Shown here: one piece after another, positions 9,420 through 18,830 of the stretch | Position numbering within the stretch: position 1 is the first letter of the stretch | Layout: each line of letters begins with the position of its first letter | Notes under the pieces: generated by a model | The model's database searches: none | What the model was told of the DNA's origin: nothing | The model's input: the letters and a program-made list of their open reading frames with translations, nothing else | Made by a program: the position numbers and the translations under genes | Origin: a virus | Reading direction: 5' to 3' (one strand) | DNA length: 64,000 nt | Virus record (IMG/VR): IMGVR_UViG_3300020048_000056 | Span: 1 to 64,000 of that record

Positions 9420-9450
9420 AGGGGGTAGACTTTTAGGTCTGCCCCCTTTA
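9420..9450. terminator. stem-loop terminator
   Basis: agggggtagac-tttta-ggtctgcccccttt. Confidence 0.65.
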
Positions 9451-9476
9451 TAATAGGTATATAACAAAGGAGAAAT

Positions 9477-9671
9477 ATGAAAGGTCATGACGGTTTGTGC
9501 CCAACACCAAACCCACAGATGTTTGATCGTAAGCACTGCGCCTATTGCAATCTCATTGAGGTTGTGAAAGATCACTATAAGCATAAGAACAAGGGTGAGG
9601 ATAAGACTTATGACGATGGATACCAAGATGGAATTCAGGCTGCAATATCAAGACTACAGGAGACAGTATGA
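9477..9671 (+). CDS. HDxLC-family small Zn-binding protein
   Basis: AAGGAG RBS; HDGLC...CAYCNLI. Confidence 0.65.
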   Translation: MKGHDGLCPTPNPQMFDRKHCAYCNLIEVVKDHYKHKNKGEDKTYDDGYQDGIQAAISRLQETV

Positions 9672-9991
9672 CGCACGATAGTCTATGCCCCAACCAAGAT
9701 ACAGAGATTGCTGAGTGTGCCATTTGTATGCTGCTTAGAATGGCCCGTAGGGATGAGCAGGATAAGTACAGTGGTGATGAAGAATGGGATCGTCAGGTGG
9801 TGTCAGAAGAGGCATATGCTAAGGGGTATGCAGAGGGCATGAAGAATATTGCCTCAGTCCCCGCAATTAAATCTTCAGGCAGGCCACCACTTGAGGCTAT
9901 TAATCAGTATATTGTTAGTGGGGTAGGTACTCGAACCCTCCATCAGACTCAAACCTTATATGACCTTTACATGTATCTGGGAGGAAAATGA
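9668..9991 (+). CDS. HDxLC-family small Zn-binding protein
   Basis: HDSLC...CAICMLL; ATGA coupling. Confidence 0.7.
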   Translation: MTHDSLCPNQDTEIAECAICMLLRMARRDEQDKYSGDEEWDRQVVSEEAYAKGYAEGMKNIASVPAIKSSGRPPLEAINQYIVSGVGTRTLHQTQTLYDLYMYLGGK

Positions 9992-10209
9992 TAAAAGAGA
10001 CAGTTCTTTTTGAAGAAGTAGAGGTACAATATACTGCAAGTCAAGGTCATGCTATTAGCGGTCCTCATGGTTATCAAATATGGATATCCAGTGACGATCC
10101 TAGATATATGGACTTCCTTGCCTTTATTAAGTTTGAAGAACTTGGTTATTGGGTAAAATACTACTCTGATGACAACACTAATATACTAATTCAGGAGTTA
10201 AAGAAATGA
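9988..10209 (+). CDS. hypothetical protein
   Basis: GGAGG RBS, ATGA coupling. Confidence 0.65.
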   Translation: MIKETVLFEEVEVQYTASQGHAISGPHGYQIWISSDDPRYMDFLAFIKFEELGYWVKYYSDDNTNILIQELKK

Positions 10210-10616
10210 AGTATAAAGTAAAAAGATTCATTCGAAACATCAAAGATATTCCTTATAGGTTTATAATTTATCCATTTCAGAAGGCGCGGCATGGATTTAG
10301 TGACCAAGATGCATTTAATGGTGACTCCTATCTTGCAGGACAGATTGCAGGCATTCTGGAATGGATGGTAAAGAATGGTCATGGCGTATCTATGGCATAT
10401 CATGAGGGAGAAGACCCATTTAACCTAGATGTAGAGACAATGGTAATCAAAAGAGATGCTGATTATTTAACTCAGGCGGCAAATTTTAGGGAATATCAGA
10501 AACATGGTACTGCTTTTGATCAAGAGTGGAAGGATGGTCTAGGTGGACTACTTGACAACGAGGTAGAAGATCTACTACAATGGTTAAAGGATCACTTCCA
10601 AGAGTTGTGGGATTAA
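10206..10616 (+). CDS. hypothetical phage protein
   Basis: Operonic; C-terminal F.ELWD motif. Confidence 0.7.
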   Translation: MKYKVKRFIRNIKDIPYRFIIYPFQKARHGFSDQDAFNGDSYLAGQIAGILEWMVKNGHGVSMAYHEGEDPFNLDVETMVIKRDADYLTQAANFREYQKHGTAFDQEWKDGLGGLLDNEVEDLLQWLKDHFQELWD

Positions 10617-10632
10617 GGAATGAGAGAAGTTA

Positions 10633-10863
10633 ATGGATAGTAGCAAGATTCTTGCTCATTGGTGGAATACTTTTGATGATGAGCCAAGCAACAGTGACTA
10701 CCTAAGTTTAGTTCAAATGGGATATGAAGAGGGGTGGAAGGCAGCAGAGAAGGTATACACAAATGATTGCTTTTTCTGTGGACCTATGGGGGAGTGGTCT
10801 CTCACAGCATGTGATGAATGCTTGGCAAAAGAAGAAAATCAATGGTTTAAGGAGAAAAGATGA
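10633..10863 (+). CDS. hypothetical protein with two CxxC
   Basis: Operonic ORF. Confidence 0.65.
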   Translation: MDSSKILAHWWNTFDDEPSNSDYLSLVQMGYEEGWKAAEKVYTNDCFFCGPMGEWSLTACDECLAKEENQWFKEKR

Positions 10864-11231
10864 GTTACGATGAGCCACATGGCTTTGAAACGCGTGACGG
10901 ATGGAAAGATATCATCCTCAGTACCCACAATAAACTTAAATACATAGATAGTGGCTATAAAATTAGTCAAATAAAGCAGAAATTTGGGGGCTTGAGATAT
11001 TATTACGATATCTCTTTTAATTCTTATGATGATATTCGCCGTGAGATTATGGATGATGTCGTTGCGGCAGCAGAAGTAGATGCCTCTCATACCTGCGAAA
11101 TGTGCGGAACAGACAAGTATAATGCAGGGGTAGAGACACGAACAGACTACTACTTTTACTATACATATTGTAAAGAATGCTCTGATAAGTTTATAGAACA
11201 GAGAGATAAGATGAGGGAAAGCCATGCTTAA
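10860..11231 (+). CDS. hypothetical phage protein (QIKxKFGGLRYY family)
   Basis: QIKQKFGGLRYYY...TCEMCG...YCKEC. Confidence 0.75.
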   Translation: MSYDEPHGFETRDGWKDIILSTHNKLKYIDSGYKISQIKQKFGGLRYYYDISFNSYDDIRREIMDDVVAAAEVDASHTCEMCGTDKYNAGVETRTDYYFYYTYCKECSDKFIEQRDKMRESHA

Positions 11232-11493
11232 GGTAGAGACTGCTCATGGATCACATTACTTTATTGATCAAGATCTTAAGTGTATGATGAGAGTTAGAGG
11301 CGAGGGCAGACAATCTCTTGATGTTGATGATGAATGGGTTCCCTTTGAGACTGTTGATGCGTATGATATAGAAAGCATGAAAAGGTGTGGAGACATAACG
11401 GTTGGTAAGCCAATGCTCTTTATCTTGCGTGGTATGAGTAGTTGGATAGTATCTACCCCCGTAATTTCTATCTATCAAAGAAGGACAAGATGA
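11224..11493 (+). CDS. hypothetical protein
   Basis: Operonic ORF. Confidence 0.6.
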   Translation: MLKVETAHGSHYFIDQDLKCMMRVRGEGRQSLDVDDEWVPFETVDAYDIESMKRCGDITVGKPMLFILRGMSSWIVSTPVISIYQRRTR

Positions 11494-12557
11494 CTGAATG
11501 GATTCCGCTAAAGCGTAAGGCAGAGCCAAAGACTTCTAAAATTGGCATGGATGATCAGACTCGTAATCTTATTCGTCCATTTGACTATGACTCTGAGGGT
11601 ATTGAGAAGTTCTATCCCTATGAGATTCCTGTAGATCTACCTGTCAACTTTGGTATTGGTGTTATCGTTGGTGCGAGCGGTACAGGTAAGTCTACCCTTC
11701 TTAAAGAGTTTGGTAATGTATCTTCTCCACAATGGGACAATGATCGTTCTATTGCTTGGCATTTCGATAGTGCAGAGGATGCGTCAGAACGTCTTGCTGC
11801 TGCTGGCCTGATGAGCATCCCTGAGTGGGTAAAGCCCTATAACGTACTATCCAATGGTCAGCAATTTCGCGCTGATCTGGCAAGGAGTATTAATAACTAT
11901 GGTGTTCTTGATGAGTTTACTAGCGTGGTTGATCGTAACGTGGCTAAGGCTGCATCTACCGCTATGGCAAGATACATCAGGAAAAATAGTATTAGGAATG
12001 TGGTGGTGGCTACTTGTCATCGTGATGTTCTTGAGTTTCTAGAACCTGATTGGGTCATTGATCTTGATAAGGGCTCTTGGACTAACGGGAGGTGGCTTCA
12101 ACGACCTCAACTGGCTATCGACATTTATCCGTGCAACTACACCCTTTGGAGTTACTTCTCTCCATACCATTACCTCACAGACAGCCTCAACAAAGCCTCA
12201 CACAACTATGTGGCAGTCTGGAATGATCAGTTAGTAGGTTTTAATAGTGTTATCACAGCACCGTCAGGTTCTTACAAGAATGCTTATCGGGGTCACCGTC
12301 TTGTCGTGCATCCTGACTATCAAGGCTTTGGTTTTGGGCCTAAGATCTCAGAAGCAGTAGCACAACACTATATAGATAATGGCAAGAAGTATTTTGCTAA
12401 GACTGCCCACCCTAGATTGGGAGGGTATAGAGATAGTAGTCCTCTCTGGAAGCCTACTACTAAGAATCATATGAAACGTAAGGATGGAGCAGGCAACGTT
12501 CGATGGGATATTAATCCTGATCGTTGGTCATTCAGCCATGAGTATATGGGCTCCTAA
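11490..12557 (+). CDS. ABC-type ATPase fused to GNAT acetyltransferase
   Basis: Walker A GASGTGKST, signature LSNGQ, Walker B VLDEF, H-loop ATCH; GNAT motif RLVVHPDYQGFGFG. Confidence 0.85.
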   Translation: MTEWIPLKRKAEPKTSKIGMDDQTRNLIRPFDYDSEGIEKFYPYEIPVDLPVNFGIGVIVGASGTGKSTLLKEFGNVSSPQWDNDRSIAWHFDSAEDASERLAAAGLMSIPEWVKPYNVLSNGQQFRADLARSINNYGVLDEFTSVVDRNVAKAASTAMARYIRKNSIRNVVVATCHRDVLEFLEPDWVIDLDKGSWTNGRWLQRPQLAIDIYPCNYTLWSYFSPYHYLTDSLNKASHNYVAVWNDQLVGFNSVITAPSGSYKNAYRGHRLVVHPDYQGFGFGPKISEAVAQHYIDNGKKYFAKTAHPRLGGYRDSSPLWKPTTKNHMKRKDGAGNVRWDINPDRWSFSHEYMGS

Positions 12558-12626
12558 AGGACTAGGGTATGGTAAAGGCTAAGGAAATAGTTCTAAATAG
12601 AACTAAATAAATGCTATAATTATTAT

Positions 12627-14096
12627 ATGACCATACCCGCACAGATTCCACCTAAGAGTGGAACACACCCATCAGGCTACACAGTTGCTAAGCATAAATC
12701 TTTTGCAGATGAACCAGTTACAATTCGTAACCCATCTGGAGAAGCAGTCATTGATTATGTCAGCGAAGGGGTCCGTCTTGCAAGAGCAGGAGATCAAGGA
12801 CTCGTCAATATCCTTTTAGAGGCTGCTTGGACCGAGAACGTTAGTCCATTGAATACATCTTGGAATGCTGATGGTTGGGAAGACCTTCACCTTTTGTCAA
12901 ATAGAAATTGGACAAACTTTAATAACGTACTAGATAATAGTATTCATGAAAACATAATCAACAATGGTTATGATCTAGTCATGCGTGATGATACTACTGG
13001 AAAGTATTATAAGGTTCAGTTTCATTTCTGGCAAGCAGGAACTAATTATGGTGGAGACGCCAATAATAATTACACAACTGAAAATGATGGATTCTCATAC
13101 ACTCGTCAAGAAATATTCATGTCTGAATCAGTAGCATTTCAACACGATACTCCCAGCAGCCCAGGAGATCAGATCTCAGAATATGTAACAATTGAAAGAA
13201 AGGCTCAAGGAGGAATCTATAACTCCCTTAAAGAAGATGAGTGGAATCCAGCAGTCAGTCCAGCAGGAGTTCTATGGAATACTGAAGGATGGGATGACCT
13301 TTCAAATGTTTCAACAAGAGAGTATCACCCACTTTATGCGGTAACTGGAGCACTTGGAAACTATATTGAAGCAAAGGATTACGTCATGTATGACGTAGAA
13401 GCAGATGAATATTACCAAGTAAAGTTTTATGACTGGGGCACATCAGTAGGAACACCAGGAAAGTTTGCTTACCTTAGAACAAAACTTAATAAGTGGGCAA
13501 GTCCAGAAGGTATTCGATTCGGTGATGGATCAATTCAACTTGATGCTGCTGGAGAAGGTCTTAATAAGATCAAGGCAGAGTATTGGGGATATCCAGACAA
13601 TACCGTTCAAATTAAAAATGCTAAGGATAATGACGCCATCTCCCTTGCTTCAACATCACGATCAATTGTTCGTTGGCAAGCAAGAGAAGAAGCGCAGGGT
13701 GTTGGTATTGAAGCACTTATTGGTATTCAAGATGCAGGAGGTGGCTTCTACGATGTTGTGTTTAGTGTAAATCCAGACAGGTTTATGTTAGATAATTATC
13801 TATACACTGTTTCTGGTACTGATGATTTTAATGGATCATTTGAATCAGTTGCTGGTCAAGAAGGAACTGTCGCCCTACGTTATGATTACTTACCTGTAGG
13901 AGATCCAACAGGTGGCATTATTGGAGGACCATCTAAGTATAGCCAAGTAGAGGCAACGGAAGATGCACTATACATTAAGACTGCGGGATGGGGTGCAGAT
14001 CCAGGAGGCTCCTATCAGCACTTCTGGCAGTTCATGCATGATGGTGGACTTAGATTCCCAGACGGAACTATTCAATACACAGCATGGCTAGACTAA
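12627..14096 (+). CDS. probable virion/fibre-associated protein with duplicated domain
   Basis: Two SP...WN.EGW.DL..R...VM.D...YY.V.F..W...F.Y.R repeats; two G(I/L)RF.DG.IQ motifs; leaderless. Confidence 0.65.
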   Translation: MTIPAQIPPKSGTHPSGYTVAKHKSFADEPVTIRNPSGEAVIDYVSEGVRLARAGDQGLVNILLEAAWTENVSPLNTSWNADGWEDLHLLSNRNWTNFNNVLDNSIHENIINNGYDLVMRDDTTGKYYKVQFHFWQAGTNYGGDANNNYTTENDGFSYTRQEIFMSESVAFQHDTPSSPGDQISEYVTIERKAQGGIYNSLKEDEWNPAVSPAGVLWNTEGWDDLSNVSTREYHPLYAVTGALGNYIEAKDYVMYDVEADEYYQVKFYDWGTSVGTPGKFAYLRTKLNKWASPEGIRFGDGSIQLDAAGEGLNKIKAEYWGYPDNTVQIKNAKDNDAISLASTSRSIVRWQAREEAQGVGIEALIGIQDAGGGFYDVVFSVNPDRFMLDNYLYTVSGTDDFNGSFESVAGQEGTVALRYDYLPVGDPTGGIIGGPSKYSQVEATEDALYIKTAGWGADPGGSYQHFWQFMHDGGLRFPDGTIQYTAWLD

Positions 14097-14111
14097 TCAT
14101 TTAGTTTAGTA

Positions 14112-14150
14112 AGGAGGGGCGGTAGAAAGTTTACCGTCCCTCTTGCTTTT
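14112..14150 (+). terminator. intrinsic terminator
   Basis: aggaggggcggta...taccgtccctctt followed by gctttt. Confidence 0.7.
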
Positions 14151-14177
14151 CTCTATGAAACCCATTATACTTAAGAC

Positions 14178-14495
14178 ATGGAATACATTGAAGCAGTGAA
14201 TGGACATGACCCACTATGCCCCTGGGCTGCACCGAAGTGTGCATTTTGTAGGGACACCGACTGCACTTGTGATGACTGCCAGTGCGACCTGATTGCACGG
14301 GTCCGTGCAGATACTCCTGCCGTCACGGTGGGTGAGTGGGATGAGATGTCCTACGAGCAGGGTCAGCGTGACGCGCTTGCTGCTGCCGCGCAGCGGGTTG
14401 AGGCGCTGGAGTATTCACTGTCCACCTACCAAAACGGTTACTCAACGGGTGAACGTATCTACCGCAATGAAGCAATCGCAGCGATCAAGGGATAA
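14178..14495 (+). CDS. HDxLC-family protein
   Basis: HDPLC...CQCDLIARVRAD...YEQGQRDAL; leaderless; higher GC than neighbours. Confidence 0.75.
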   Translation: MEYIEAVNGHDPLCPWAAPKCAFCRDTDCTCDDCQCDLIARVRADTPAVTVGEWDEMSYEQGQRDALAAAAQRVEALEYSLSTYQNGYSTGERIYRNEAIAAIKG

Positions 14496-14714
14496 GAGAG
14501 TGTCGGGTTATGTAGAAGATGATCGCAAGGATTTAAGGGATCAGATAGCAAGAAAAATATGTGACAGTGAAGCATTTATGTGGCTTATTGTAGGATCAAA
14601 TCATCCAGATATGTGGTTAGAGTTACTTAGGGAACACTATGCACCCCTTTACTATAAAGTAGATGGTGGCTATGGGAAGTATAATAAACGAATGATCAAG
14701 GAAGAAGATAAGTA

Positions 14715-14921
14715 ATGATTGATCTTTGTGTTGGAGGATACTATGCTTTACAAGATCATAAAGCATATACCCCAAATAAGTGTATCCATGTATTAGGTCC
14801 ACGGCATCTAGAAGGCATTACAGAGGCGGTACGGGTAGTAGCCCTATCTGACTGTGATTGGGATCTTTTAGCATATGTAGAAGAAGAAGCACAACGAATC
14901 AATAGCGTCTGGAGTAAGTAA
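14715..14921 (+). CDS. hypothetical protein
   Basis: TAATG coupling. Confidence 0.55.
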   Translation: MIDLCVGGYYALQDHKAYTPNKCIHVLGPRHLEGITEAVRVVALSDCDWDLLAYVEEEAQRINSVWSK

Positions 14922-15332
14922 TGGAAGAAGATTATACTGATAGATGGGTAATCCGTTGTAATAACTTTGAAGAGGCTGCTAAGTATGCGGCGGTACAAGG
15001 ATGGTCGCTACGCTCTTGGTCTTGGTTGCCTGCATATACCATTCATAGAACAGTTCAAGTATTTGAGAGGGACTAATGAATCCTCCACAATACAATAACC
15101 CTGACATGCACAGCGCTTGGTGGGCGGGGTATACAGAAGGACTAAAGAAGTCAAAAGAAGTGTTGGAGGAATCAGAATGATGATGATCCTAGTAATCTTT
15201 ACAATACTATTCTTTGCGTTGTTGCTTATTAAATGAAGATTCGAATTATTTGGGTACTCGCATTCGTATGGGCTATTGACTTCTGCTATATTTTCGGTAT
15301 ACTTAAGTAGTACCCACAACATAGGAGAAGAA

Positions 15333-15527
15333 ATGTTTCCACCAGATGATGAATTTGATTTGCAGTCAATAGATTCTACAAGGAAAAAGGTATACCGCTC
15401 CTTTGATGCGGCATTGAGTGAGGCTTGGGCAGATCTTAATACTATCCTTACGGACTTTGGCAAGGATCAGTGGGAAGAAGGATATCGTGCAGGTAAGTAT
15501 TATTCACAGAAGCATCCCAATGCTTGA
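15333..15527 (+). CDS. hypothetical protein
   Basis: AGGAG RBS before ATG 15333. Confidence 0.55.
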   Translation: MFPPDDEFDLQSIDSTRKKVYRSFDAALSEAWADLNTILTDFGKDQWEEGYRAGKYYSQKHPNA

Positions 15528-15921
15528 TAGCAAATCCTTATCAAGCACTATAATGAAGGATTATGATGAAGAGTAAAAGGAAAGACTGGTATGTGGGATC
15601 ATTCCAGATCATTAGGCGATCACATGGGGCAAAGCAGTATGGAATTCTTGCATGGGGGCGTGAGTCATGTGCATCATGGACAGTAGACGTATGGATTGGT
15701 AAAACTCTTTGGACCTTTAGAAGGAATATGGTTTAGCGGCGCGAAAATAGTACAACACTATGCTTTTCCGCTCGTCGGCGGTACGAAGTTTTATACATTG
15801 GAGACATGATGAAACATGAACTTGATTGTACGGCAGAATTCATTTGTCAGTGTGATGAATGCTTGTCTTATGGCTGTATGTGTGAAGTAGTAGAAGATTA
15901 TTGGAAAAGGAAGGAAGGTTC

Positions 15922-16140
15922 ATGGCGATCTATAAAGTAGATATGACGTATAGGAAAGATGTATCTTTTCGATTTATTAAGATGATTCACCCTTGGCAAG
16001 CAGAGGTGTGGGACTCTGGAGTTGTTGTGGGAGAAGGATACAGTCTTACAAAGAAGGGTGCAGTAAGAGTTGCAAGCCGTAAGGCAAAGAAGTATATGAA
16101 AGATAATAATAAGTCTTATTCTGAAATCATAGAATTATAA
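15922..16140 (+). CDS. hypothetical protein
   Basis: GGAAGG RBS before ATG. Confidence 0.55.
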   Translation: MAIYKVDMTYRKDVSFRFIKMIHPWQAEVWDSGVVVGEGYSLTKKGAVRVASRKAKKYMKDNNKSYSEIIEL

Positions 16141-16201
16141 TCGGGGGTAGTTATTGACATATCCCCTAATCATCCCTATACTCTATATATGAGGATAAAC
16201 A

Positions 16202-16396
16202 ATGCATAATGAACTATGTTATAACAACGTAGGAGATAAAGAAGATTGTGACCTATGTACAGTTATTGAATATGTTTTAACTTGTATTACTCCTGAATGC
16301 ACATGTGGTAGCCAAGGTATGTGGAGAAGTCATCATATCTCATGTAAGTGGGCATCGTTTATGAATTCACAATTTCTCGGGGGAATCCAATCATGA
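16202..16396 (+). CDS. Cys-rich protein, HDxLC-like
   Basis: HNELC...CDLC; TTGACA-17-TATACT at 16154-16182; GAGG RBS. Confidence 0.6.
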   Translation: MHNELCYNNVGDKEDCDLCTVIEYVLTCITPECTCGSQGMWRSHHISCKWASFMNSQFLGGIQS

Positions 16397-16578
16397 CCCT
16401 CTTTATATAGTAATAACCATAATACATATAAGAGAGTGTAAGCACTTAGGATAAGAGACATATGTGGCTATCAGGATAGGTAGTATAGAGTCCCAGAATG
16501 GCTGATATTGATGTATAAAGTATGTATATATGATGTATAAAGGTATAAAGATGTTACTGTGGTTTTTGGAATGGACAG

Positions 16579-16598
16579 TTATCCACAAGTTATACACA
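16579..16598 (+). promoter_or_regulatory. two tandem DnaA boxes
   Basis: TTATCCACA (16579) and TTATACACA (16590), 11-bp period. Confidence 0.65.
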
Positions 16599-16748
16599 AT
16601 ATGCTTATTTGGGCATCCATGTTAAACTATCTTAATACTCATTATTATGCTCCATTTCCCCCTATAAATCACCTAAAACATATACATTCTGCTCCATTCT
16701 TATATAAAACATAGCCATTTATAATAATAGTCCTCCATTTATACTCCA

Positions 16749-16789
16749 TGCATAAAGCGTGCATAAACTATGCATAAACCATGCATAAA
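16749..16789 (+). repeat. four direct repeats TGCATAAA with 11-bp period (iteron-like)
   Basis: Copies start at 16749, 16760, 16771, 16782. Confidence 0.8.
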
Positions 16790-16904
16790 ATATATGCTTT
16801 CGTAATACCTATATGACCAGAGTGTTATATATACCTATGTGAAAATGGGCATTCATATAAGGGGGTTCTTAATGTCTTATATATACCTATGTATATTCCG
16901 GCCT

Positions 16905-17429
16905 TTATACGGATAAGATATCTATTGGCCCTTGACAATTAGGACTGTATGCGATAGCAGCATTAAGAGCATATTCTATTCTAAATTCTGGTGTAGCAGG
17001 GAATTCTTTAGTAGTATGTAATGATCCTAATGCAAAATCACCCCCACTGCCTATGGCAGTCTCAAGCACTTCCGCTACGCTCCAGTCCACGGGGGATAAT
17101 TCAAAGAGTCTTCCTCTTATACCTATAAGGATATCTGTATCATTAGTACCATCTATACTTATACCTTGGATATCTAGCATAGACTTAAAAGCATCTACTA
17201 GGTCTACCCTCAAAGCAAAGAAGAGATCTTCCTTATCATTAAGTATAGGAATTGTAATGATCTGTAGGATCTGTCCTACCCCCAGTGATCCAGCATAGCC
17301 AAAGATCCATTCATCTCTTATATGTACCTTGGGGGTATGGAGAGATATGATTGCTGATCCATCTGATGCTGCTCTATCTCCACCTATATATACCTTGCCA
17401 TTATCTACCATACCTACTATAACTGTCAT
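16905..17429 (-). CDS. Ntn-hydrolase, HslV/proteasome-beta-like protease
   Basis: N-terminal MT (Thr nucleophile), GGDR, K, AIGSGGDFALG motifs; leaderless TAGGAT-N6-ATG. Confidence 0.85.
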   Translation of the reverse strand: MTVIVGMVDNGKVYIGGDRAASDGSAIISLHTPKVHIRDEWIFGYAGSLGVGQILQIITIPILNDKEDLFFALRVDLVDAFKSMLDIQGISIDGTNDTDILIGIRGRLFELSPVDWSVAEVLETAIGSGGDFALGSLHTTKEFPATPEFRIEYALNAAIAYSPNCQGPIDILSV

Positions 17430-17586
17430 ACGCTCATCCTATCATATTCCCGTGATTTTTACAATGCTTTCGTAAAGGGATTTTCGGCATTTTTATAATG
17501 GGGTTCTTAATACCTTTTGTTATTTATAAAAGTATTCCCGGCCCCTGCCTCCCCCTTTTGTCAAGGGGGAAGCGGTGTGGGCTATC

Positions 17587-17895
17587 TCACTCGTCCTCTT
17601 CATCCTCATCAGCGAGTGGGGGATTGGGGGATGCCTCGAAAGCAGATTCTAGACTAGTATACAGAGCATCAGGGTCAATGCTGATCATATCGCAGAACAC
17701 CTTCCAGGTACTTTCTACAATCTCTTTACCCTCTGGCTTGGCTGTAGCATAACCCTCAGCAACGCTATAAGCCAGTGGAAGGCCAATATCTGCCCATGTA
17801 AAGAACTCAGACCATGCCTCATTATCTGTGCCCTTATGGAAGATATAGAGGGTGCTGAGAATGTCGCACTTATTAGAAAATGTTGTCTTGGACAT
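17587..17895 (-). CDS. hypothetical phage protein
   Basis: KCDILS...F...D.GLPLAY motif; AAGGA RBS. Confidence 0.7.
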   Translation of the reverse strand: MSKTTFSNKCDILSTLYIFHKGTDNEAWSEFFTWADIGLPLAYSVAEGYATAKPEGKEIVESTWKVFCDMISIDPDALYTSLESAFEASPNPPLADEDEEDE

Positions 17896-18094
17896 ATTTG
17901 TCATTCCTTCTGTCGTTGTTGATTTCCCACTTGAGTTGTTCCCCGAACTCTACCATGCGCTCAAGGATTTGGGAAGGCTGAGCCTTGATTACACAATACA
18001 TAGCGACGTACATTAGTTCTTGGTCTGTAACTCTCATATCAGCAAAGGCATCTACAAGTTTGTCTGCTACTCTCTCAAGTCTCTTGGGGTCCAT
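17873..18094 (-). CDS. hypothetical protein
   Basis: Leaderless from TTGACA-17-TAGGAT (18129-18101). Confidence 0.7.
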   Translation of the reverse strand: MDPKRLERVADKLVDAFADMRVTDQELMYVAMYCVIKAQPSQILERMVEFGEQLKWEINNDRRNDKYVQDNIF

Positions 18095-18274
18095 GCGTCT
18101 ATCCTACTCTCATTGTGAAGCATTGTCAAGGTAGGAAGGGAGGAAGGAGAGTAGCGAATTCCCCTTCCCCCCACTTTCCAACCTGCACGGCTCGGAGTAA
18201 TCAACTTTCGTTGCACCCTCACCATAGCGGTGGTTCCCATCCTAAGGAACGTATGTCCCTCCTTGGATGGGGGT

Positions 18275-18661
18275 CTATGCGTTGGCTAGATCCTTAGAGA
18301 ACTTAGCCACAAAAACATCTAGCCCCATTGTGAATTTAGGATTAACAAAGTTGGGAACGAGAGAGACACTAGAGTCATAGAGAGAGACAGTCTGTGTCCC
18401 CCAGTTCACTACAGGAACGCTATGCTCATTATCTCCCATATAGGTAGAGACACCCCAACCTGTTTCCTGAGTCCACTCATCCCCAATGATATTAGAGATA
18501 CAAATTCGTGTAGCATATGACTCGTCACACCAACGACGGCGAGCAACCTCCAATGCATTTGCGAGGGTAGCCATCATGCCATCCCCTGCCCAATGTCCAT
18601 AGAGAAAGATAATCTCTGTTCCTTCATTAGATCGGAATCCAAAGTTTGCACGATCACCCAT
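18275..18661 (-). CDS. hypothetical phage protein
   Basis: MGDRANFGF..LYGHWAG; AAGGAG RBS; promoter TTGACA-17-TAGAAT 18719-18691. Confidence 0.8.
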   Translation of the reverse strand: MGDRANFGFRSNEGTEIIFLYGHWAGDGMMATLANALEVARRRWCDESYATRICISNIIGDEWTQETGWGVSTYMGDNEHSVPVVNWGTQTVSLYDSSVSLVPNFVNPKFTMGLDVFVAKFSKDLANA

Positions 18662-18830
18662 AATTATGCTCCTTAGTAGTTGTTGGTACGATTCTATCAG
18701 ACAGAAAGGCTATTGTCAAATATCTCGCAGAGGACATGGCAGCCTGTCTCACCATTCCATTCGCTGATCTGATACCCATCATAGCCATCATCTTCTGTTC
18801 CGTTGCAGATGTCACAGGTGGGAGTCATAG

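Noticed and set aside
15008-15463. 151-aa minus-strand ORF
   Set aside because: Antisense to small coupled plus-strand ORFs in a plus-strand block.
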